From: an uncultured Gemmatimonadales bacterium
GTDB lineage: Bacteria > Gemmatimonadota > Gemmatimonadetes > Longimicrobiales > RSA9
Length of the DNA stretch: 64,000 bases
Assembly: GCA_963798085.1 (NCBI GenBank)
Contig: CAWCRS010000007.1
Span: forward strand, 1 to 64,000
Direction of reading: 5' to 3'
Part shown: one piece after another, positions 58,098-64,000 of the stretch
How positions within the stretch are numbered: position 1 is the first letter of the stretch
Layout: each line of letters begins with the position of its first letter
Notes under the pieces: model-generated
Told to the model about the DNA's origin: nothing
Seen by the model: only the letters and a program-made list of their open reading frames with translations
Databases searched by the model: none
Translations under genes and position numbers: made by a program

Positions 58098-58256
58098 AAA
58101 AATGAAAACAGCGGCAGTCGGCATGCATCCGACCCCCGCTGTTCCTCAGGGTGCCCGGTGACCCTGCGCCGGAGCGCAAGTTTTCACCTGACCGGTCCCC
58201 GAATCGAGTCTGATCATAAGCGCGCTGAATATAAGTGAAGCGTGAACGCGATGTAA
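58098..58256 (-). promoter_or_regulatory. Promoter and structured 5' leader with terminator-like hairpin
   Basis: TTACAT-17-TATATT (58256-58228); hairpins at 58166-58178, 58147-58166 and 58107-58143, then TTTTCATTTTT. Confidence 0.5.
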
Positions 58257-58486
58257 CCCCCTTGTTGCGGTGGTGCCCTGTTAGCAGACGCGTTGTACGT
58301 TACTGCATCAGGAGTTAGCCGGCTTTCCGTATGTGTACAGTTACGTGTTCCAAGGCATCCGGGCTGAGGGCTCGCGCCGGGGCCGTGCCCGGCCTGGTCG
58401 CGACGCAGAGCAGTCGGGGGAAGCGGAGACAGCCGAGATCGCGGGACGCGTTTCCGGGCGGCACAGGGGTGGTGGCCGGGCGGGGG

Positions 58487-58864
58487 CTAGCCGGATTCAG
58501 CCGATGAGGCGTCGCCCCTCCTGACTTCATCGATCATCGCGACGGCGCGGCGGAGGTGGGGGATCACGATGGAGCCGCCGACGATGAGGCCGACGGACAT
58601 GGCTTCGAGTAGCTGTGCATCCGTGAAGCCTTCCTCGGCGCAGCGGATGATGTGGTAGGTGATGCAGTCGTCGCAGCGCAGGACGAGGGAGGCGACCAGG
58701 CCGAGCAGCTCCTTGGTGGGCGTGTCGAGGGCGCCTGGCTCGTAGACGCGGCCATCGAGCGCGAAGAAGCGGCGGATGTCGAGGTTGTCGGCGGCCAGGA
58801 TGCGCTCGTTCATGCGCTCGCGGAAGCGACGGAACTCCTCGAGGTGGTTGGATTCGGCGCTCAT
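58487..58864 (-). CDS. Carboxymuconolactone decarboxylase / AhpD-family protein
   Basis: GALDTPTKELLGLVASLVLRCDDCITYH. Confidence 0.9.
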   Translation of the reverse strand: MSAESNHLEEFRRFRERMNERILAADNLDIRRFFALDGRVYEPGALDTPTKELLGLVASLVLRCDDCITYHIIRCAEEGFTDAQLLEAMSVGLIVGGSIVIPHLRRAVAMIDEVRRGDASSAESG

Positions 58865-59817
58865 TCGATCACCAGTTGCAGCGCGCCCAGCGCGATCTCG
58901 GCGGACGGGCCGTCCTTGAGCAGATGGAGCGTGGCGCTGACGTCGCCGGTCTGCATTTCGATCACGTCCGCCAGCAGTCCATGATGTATGGTTGCGTCTT
59001 CCGGCCGGCTCAGGCGATGACGGTGCGGTCGAAGGGGCGAGCGGAACAGGAAGCACGCGCTGCCGCGATCGACGACCAGCCAGCCATTGCGATAAAGCCC
59101 GGTCGCGCGGGACGTCAGCGCGGCGCGCGCGGCGCGGGGCAGTGGCAGGCCTTCCTCAGGCGCCCGGAGCAGCTGGCGGAGGGCAGCGGGCAGCTCCTGC
59201 GGCTCGCGCCACCCGCGACCGTCGAAGAAGCCGCGCAGCCGGGAGACGATGGCGCGGGCGGCGAACGCGGTGGCACGCCAGAGGCCGGGACCAACCCACG
59301 CGAGCAGGCCCAGTGAAACGATCACGACGACGAGCGCCACGGCCGGCAGGGCGAGGGCGAGAATTGCGAGTGTCACCGCCGCCAGGTCTTCGGCGGCGCT
59401 GAAGAGAAGGCGTAATGGGCGGCTGGTGGTGAGGATCAACCTGAGGCCGACCTTGGCGGAGTGCGAAGCCAGCGCCGCGACGGCTGCCACCAGTGCGCCC
59501 AGCACCTGCACCGGCCAGGGCAGGCTCTCCAGCGCGAAGAACGCAAGTGACATGGCGGCCACGGGCCGGATCAGTGTGTGCACCGCCTCCCACGTGGTGT
59601 CGATGTAGGGAATCGCCGAGGCCACGACCTCGGCGAGCATGAGCGCCGCAGCGCCACCGATCAGAATCCACTGCTCGAGACCGACAAGGCTGGGCGGAAG
59701 CTGGATCCAGTCGAAGCGGGATGCGATGCCGAGGAGTGCGATCGTTGCGTACAGATTGAGGCCGCAGGCCAGGGATGCGCCGAGCAGTCTGCCTGTGCCA
59801 ATCAGGAATGCGGGCAT
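58861..59817 (-). CDS. DUF4126-like membrane protein
   Basis: ACGLNLYAT..LLG, IPYIDTTWEAVHT.IRP and SAAED motifs. Confidence 0.75.
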   Translation of the reverse strand: MPAFLIGTGRLLGASLACGLNLYATIALLGIASRFDWIQLPPSLVGLEQWILIGGAAALMLAEVVASAIPYIDTTWEAVHTLIRPVAAMSLAFFALESLPWPVQVLGALVAAVAALASHSAKVGLRLILTTSRPLRLLFSAAEDLAAVTLAILALALPAVALVVVIVSLGLLAWVGPGLWRATAFAARAIVSRLRGFFDGRGWREPQELPAALRQLLRAPEEGLPLPRAARAALTSRATGLYRNGWLVVDRGSACFLFRSPLRPHRHRLSRPEDATIHHGLLADVIEMQTGDVSATLHLLKDGPSAEIALGALQLVIE

Positions 59818-59870
59818 CGCGCCGCGAAGAATGAATGTGAGGTGAGACGCACGACCGGATCAGCCGCGCC

Positions 59871-59898
59871 GGGACCGGACCCTGCCGGGTCCGGTCCC
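59871..59898. terminator. GC-rich hairpin downstream of the outer-membrane protein gene
   Basis: Perfect 12-bp stem GGGACCGGACCC-TGCC-GGGTCCGGTCCC; no U tract. Confidence 0.5.
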
Positions 59899-59917
59899 AC
59901 TGGCCTGTTGCGCTGCG

Positions 59918-61315
59918 CTACTGCTCACCCTTCCGCACCTGCTCCTGCCGCTGCAGCGGCTGCACGCGCGCGCCCACCGGGTCGATGGGCACATAGATGA
60001 CTCGCACATCGTCGAACTTCTGCCGCAGCGCGTTGTTGCGTGCGAGGGCGGCGGCGAGGTCACCGTTCTGGCGGCCCAACGCGGCCTGCAGGTCGGACAG
60101 GAACGCGGCGACATCCGCAGGGCTCACGTACACAGGATAACCGTTGACTGTGCCGACGTACGCAAGGGCATCGCAGGCCATGTTCTGCGGCCGGCCATAC
60201 GTGATGAACTCTTCGCGAAACCGGCCCATCTGCATTACGAAGGGTGTGCCGCGCAGGTAGAAGTCGGCATCCACCGCCGTCCGCACGCCACCCACTGTCG
60301 AGCGCAGCGGCACCACGGATCCGCCGCTGGTCACGACCGTGTCGCCGTTCGCATGGCGGAACTGCGCCGAGACCCTGCGCACGCCGCCGCTGGCCGACGG
60401 ATCCAGCACGCACACGGAAATATCATCCACGCGCGGCGGGGGCGGCGGCTGTTGCTGCTGCTGTTGCTGCACCGGCGGAGGCGGAGGGGGTTGCTGCTGT
60501 TGTTGCTGTTGCTGCTGCGCGGGAGGCGGCGGCGCGACCACCACGGCTGGCGCCGCCTGATGGTGCGGTAGCATCACGGCGAGGTGAACGCCTACCTGTC
60601 CGCTCAGCTCGTGAACGATGCTGGCGACGTTCTTCGTGCCATCAGGCACGTCCCAGATGTTGCCGCCGATGAAGCGCGACACCGACTGCACCTGAGGCTT
60701 GAAGATACGGTCATCGACTTCCAGCCGGACCAGCCAGTGCGGCGAGAGGCGGTGATCGACGCCGAATCCGAGCAGGCCCATGGGCACGTTCCATTCAGCG
60801 AGAGCGGCGGTGGCGCCCGCGCCAGGCGCGCGATTGAACGGGAGGCAGGACCAGACCTGGACCCGCGGGCGGTCGGCGCACACGAAGTTGTTGCCCGCCG
60901 GGTTCACCCACTTGTTGCCGAAGCCGAAGGCGAGATAGGGCAGCGTTTCCCGGCCCTGCCAGGTCGCGTTCGGTGTCTTCAGCCGGATCAGCAGATCGCC
61001 GGATCCACTCCACAGATTGACGTCCGGATACAACTCCGCCGGGGCTTTGAGCGGGACATTGGAATAGTTCAGGTTGGCTCGCAGTCCGATCCGCGAAAAG
61101 GGCCAGAGCGTGAACTGGGAGCCGATGAGGAATCCCGCTCCCAGTCTCGCGGACGCCGGCGTGTTGCCCTTGTCCCTGCCGGCCAGCGGCGTGTGCAGGG
61201 AAGCCCCGGCGTTCACGCCGAGATCGAAGATGTAGCCCTGCGCACGAGCGGTGGTCGCATGCAGAGTGATGCCGAGCGCGCTGGCGATGACCACGCGCGT
61301 GAACTTCCTCATCAT
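59918..61315 (-). CDS. Outer-membrane beta-barrel protein with Pro/Gln linker and unknown C-terminal domain
   Basis: GGAGG SD, signal peptide (ARA-Q), OmpA-like barrel strands (TLPYLAFGFG), P4AQ8P6VQ6P5 linker. Confidence 0.8.
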   Translation of the reverse strand: MMRKFTRVVIASALGITLHATTARAQGYIFDLGVNAGASLHTPLAGRDKGNTPASARLGAGFLIGSQFTLWPFSRIGLRANLNYSNVPLKAPAELYPDVNLWSGSGDLLIRLKTPNATWQGRETLPYLAFGFGNKWVNPAGNNFVCADRPRVQVWSCLPFNRAPGAGATAALAEWNVPMGLLGFGVDHRLSPHWLVRLEVDDRIFKPQVQSVSRFIGGNIWDVPDGTKNVASIVHELSGQVGVHLAVMLPHHQAAPAVVVAPPPPAQQQQQQQQQPPPPPPVQQQQQQQPPPPPRVDDISVCVLDPSASGGVRRVSAQFRHANGDTVVTSGGSVVPLRSTVGGVRTAVDADFYLRGTPFVMQMGRFREEFITYGRPQNMACDALAYVGTVNGYPVYVSPADVAAFLSDLQAALGRQNGDLAAALARNNALRQKFDDVRVIYVPIDPVGARVQPLQRQEQVRKGEQ

Positions 61316-61456
61316 GCCTCCAGACGGACAGCCAGCGTCGGACACGCACGTACGGGTTGCCGAGCGATCCGCACTGCCAGGATGGGCGCGGGCCCCGAAG
61401 CACAACCACCCCGGGTTGCGCACCCGCGTTTGCGCAACGATGAAAAAACTGTGCCC

Positions 61457-62770
61457 TCAGGCGGATCGGATCAATACCAGCGAGGCGTTGATGCCGCCGA
61501 AGCCGAAGGAATTCGTGAGACAGACGGATGGCGACGTGAGTCGGCCGGAACCAGCGACATAATCGAGATCGCAGGCCTCGTCACCGCTCTCGAAGTTGAG
61601 TGTGGGCGGGATCCAGCCGCGGGTCATGGCCAGACAGCAGACGGCAGTCTCGATGGCGCCCGAGGCGCCCAGTGCGTGGGCGTGATAGGGCTTGGTGCCG
61701 CTGATGGGGATCTGGTAGGCGCGCTCACCCAGGACATCCTTGATGGCGCGACTCTCGGTTGCGTCGTTCAGTGGCGTCGACGAGCCGTGCGGGCTGATGA
61801 AGTCGACACGCTCGGCGGCAATGCCGGCACTGCGCAGGGCCAGCGTCATGGCACGCGCCGCCTGCCGCGCGTCGGGTCGCGGGGCGGTCATGTGGTACGC
61901 GTCGTTGCTGGTGCCGTATCCCGCGAGTTCCCCGTAGATGCGCGCTCCGCGCGCCACGGCCATGTCATAGCGCTCGAGCACCAGGCAGCACGCGCCCTCG
62001 CCCATGATGAAGCCGTCGCGCTGCATGTCGAAGGGACGGCAGGCGCGTTCCGGGTCGGTGTTGCGCGTGCTCATGGCGCGGATGATGGCGAAGGCGCCAA
62101 AGCAGAGCGGTGCGAGCGGCGCCTCTATGCCCCCGGCGATGGCCGCATCGACCTGGCCCTCGCGGATCAGCCGCCACGCTTCACCGACCGCGATCGTGCC
62201 GGATGCGCACGACATGGCGTTGGTCGAGTTGGGCCCCGAGAAGCCGAACTCGATGGCGACCGAGCAGCTGGCGGCGCCACCGAACGTGGTCAGTGCGACG
62301 CGTGGATCCACCGCCCGCAACCCGCCCGCGTTGAGGTTGCCGATCTGCTCTTCGGCGTAGGCAATGCCCCCCAGCGCTGTCCCCATCTGGACCGCGACGC
62401 GATCCCCGTCGAGCGTCGTCGGCTCCAATCCGGAATCCTGCAGCGCGAGCCTGGCCGAGGCGATGGCAAACTGGCCGAAGCGGTCGAGCCGGCGAATGGC
62501 CCTGGCCTCCATGAAGGCGGCGGGTTCGAAGTCATCGACCTGCGCCGCGATGCGGGAGCGCCACGGCGAAGCGTCGAAGCGCGTGATGCCACGCACGGGC
62601 GAACGCTCGCGTTTCAGGCCTTCCCAGAAACCCTCCACACCCATGCCCACCGCGGTGATCGGTCCGAGGCCCGTGATCGCCACACGGTGCGGGCCATGCC
62701 CGTTGCCGGCGGCGTCCACTTCCGCGGAGGGCGCGTGATCTCGTCCGTTCCCCATCCCGACCTTCGTCAT
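61457..62770 (-). CDS. Beta-ketoacyl-ACP synthase (FabF/KS-alpha-like)
   Basis: RVAITGLG, catalytic MSCASG, RPFD..RDGF.MGEG, HGSST, K.YHAHALGA and NSFGFGG.N. Confidence 0.93.
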   Translation of the reverse strand: MTKVGMGNGRDHAPSAEVDAAGNGHGPHRVAITGLGPITAVGMGVEGFWEGLKRERSPVRGITRFDASPWRSRIAAQVDDFEPAAFMEARAIRRLDRFGQFAIASARLALQDSGLEPTTLDGDRVAVQMGTALGGIAYAEEQIGNLNAGGLRAVDPRVALTTFGGAASCSVAIEFGFSGPNSTNAMSCASGTIAVGEAWRLIREGQVDAAIAGGIEAPLAPLCFGAFAIIRAMSTRNTDPERACRPFDMQRDGFIMGEGACCLVLERYDMAVARGARIYGELAGYGTSNDAYHMTAPRPDARQAARAMTLALRSAGIAAERVDFISPHGSSTPLNDATESRAIKDVLGERAYQIPISGTKPYHAHALGASGAIETAVCCLAMTRGWIPPTLNFESGDEACDLDYVAGSGRLTSPSVCLTNSFGFGGINASLVLIRSA

Positions 62771-63297
62771 GAATCCTCCGAGGCGGATCCGGTCTGCGGC
62801 GTGCTGAGCGTGGTCGGCGAGGATTCCACCGCGGCCGCCAGGCGTTCAGCTTCGCGGCCCACGCCGGCGAGCGTGCGCCGGGCGATGGCGCTCACGAAGT
62901 GCGGTGCAATCACGAGGCGCCAGGCGACGCCGCCAATCAGCGGCCACGCCGGCCCGGACCACGCGTGCGTGATCCGCACCAGCGTCTCTCCGGCGCGCGG
63001 CTGGAACTCCCACTTCACGACCATGCCGCGCGTGATGCCATCCACGTGGCGGAAATGGATGGCCGGCTCGCTGCTGTCGAGGCGCATGTCGGAGACCCAC
63101 CACGTCGGCCAGCGCAGCGGCAAACCGAAGTCGCGCCAGGCGGCCATCTCGACGCGGCGATTGCCGGACGCGTCGGGCGCACGAAAGCGCACCCACCGGT
63201 AATGCGAGAGGAAGGAGGGCCAGCGCTCGACATCCGCAGCGACGCGGAAACAGAGATCGGCGGGGGCGCGCATGGCGCGCTCGTCGACAATGGTCAC
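62767..63297 (-). CDS. SRPBCC / polyketide cyclase-dehydrase family protein
   Basis: APADLCFRVAADVERWP.FL.HYR and IHFRHVDG.TRGM.VKW; start uncertain. Confidence 0.85.
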   Translation of the reverse strand: MTIVDERAMRAPADLCFRVAADVERWPSFLSHYRWVRFRAPDASGNRRVEMAAWRDFGLPLRWPTWWVSDMRLDSSEPAIHFRHVDGITRGMVVKWEFQPRAGETLVRITHAWSGPAWPLIGGVAWRLVIAPHFVSAIARRTLAGVGREAERLAAAVESSPTTLSTPQTGSASEDS

Positions 63298-63304
63298 GAC
63301 GGAT

Positions 63305-64000
63305 TCATGCAGCCTCGACCGCACCCGGCGCAGCGCGGACACCCGCCAGGCTGAGCCACACGGCGGGTGAAAGAATGGAGCGCGCGGGCGCCAGATCACC
63401 GGTCGCCGCCAGCAGCGCACGACCTGCTGCGGGACTGCGGGCAAGCCGCGCAATGGCCCGGTCGGCCAGGCCGGACCGCGAGATCACTGCTTCAATGATA
63501 CGCTGGAGCCAGCGCGCTTCGCGAATCAGGGCACGCTGCAGGCTCTGGTACCGATGCATTGCGGGAACGAGGGCACGAGCGCGCGCGAGGAGCGGTGCCG
63601 CTTCGGCGGCGAGCAGCTCGGCGGAAGCGAGTGCCTGGAAGATGCCCTGGCCCGTGAACGGATCGAAGTAGCCCGCGGCATCGCCGGCCAGCGCCACGCC
63701 CGGCGCCACGATGCGCCGGGTCGGCTGATCGAACGGACCCGACGCAAGCAGTGCGGGCGCGCGGCCTCGAGCGGCGGGCTCATCCTCAAACACGATGTTA
63801 TCATACCGTCCGCGCAGTGCCGGGAACCGCCCCAGAGCGCGCTGGAAGAAGGCCAGCGGATCGCGCGCGATCTCGCGCCCGTACCGGTCGGCACCGGCTA
63901 CCACGGACAGATTGCAGGCGACGTCTCCACTCGATGTCACCGGCGCCACGCCGACGCACAACGCGTCCGCAAGGTGCATCTCGCCGAAGTCCGGAGCACA
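63305..64000 (-). CDS. FAD-dependent oxidoreductase, geranylgeranyl-reductase/monooxygenase-like (5' part outside window)
   Basis: GVALAGDAAGYFDPFTGQGIFQALAS. Confidence 0.88.
   Translation of the reverse strand, partial: CAPDFGEMHLADALCVGVAPVTSSGDVACNLSVVAGADRYGREIARDPLAFFQRALGRFPALRGRYDNIVFEDEPAARGRAPALLASGPFDQPTRRIVAPGVALAGDAAGYFDPFTGQGIFQALASAELLAAEAAPLLARARALVPAMHRYQSLQRALIREARWLQRIIEAVISRSGLADRAIARLARSPAAGRALLAATGDLAPARSILSPAVWLSLAGVRAAPGAVEAA

Noticed and set aside
58107..58200. c-di-GMP-I riboswitch
   Set aside because: Faint similarity (CTCCGG...AGCGGGG), but the GGCAAAC and GCAAA core elements are absent. Kept only as an unassigned structured leader.
58333..58350. Adapter-like TGTACAGTTACGTGTT
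   Set aside because: Partial match only; the flanking genes are intact and co-oriented, consistent with a normal AT-richer promoter region.
60584..63202. 872-aa plus-strand ORF
   Set aside because: Antisense to the KS, cyclase and barrel genes; no recognisable motifs.

Overview
GC-rich bacterial sequence, probably from a long-read metagenome assembly. From about 8.6 kb onward the gene content (PadR + ADOP permease, GWxTD protein, HEAT + HD-GYP pair, PorV-like barrel, short RpoD-like sigma factor) suggests Gemmatimonadota/Longimicrobiales; this is inference, not a database result. The first ~8 kb is full of indels. A degraded Oxford Nanopore adapter at ~4446-4470 splits a lysA + Liv-type ABC transporter segment from an asnB/GT2 glycan-modification segment, so the left end is probably chimeric. 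The rest is mostly housekeeping and envelope genes: hslO, an orphan groES, an S8 protease with a T9SS-like C-terminal domain next to a PorV-like protein, two acyl-CoA dehydrogenases, a gcvH-lipoyl ligase-peptide ABC operon, GWxTD/plug/Slt, csp, polA, GMC oxidoreductase, mmsA + class III aminotransferase, ssb, a sigma factor, and a FAD oxidoreductase-SRPBCC-KS cluster at the right edge. No rRNA, tRNA, CRISPR array or transposase was seen. The most unusual signals are non-coding: (1) a ~300-nt unit at 24600-24945 with a promoter, a structured leader, a perfect 13-nt Shine-Dalgarno, a 20-aa sORF and a terminator; (2) a sigma54 promoter, 34-bp tandem repeat and terminator unit at 56790-57190; (3) a multi-hairpin leader with a terminator just before the sigma gene; (4) a dispersed intergenic repeat family.
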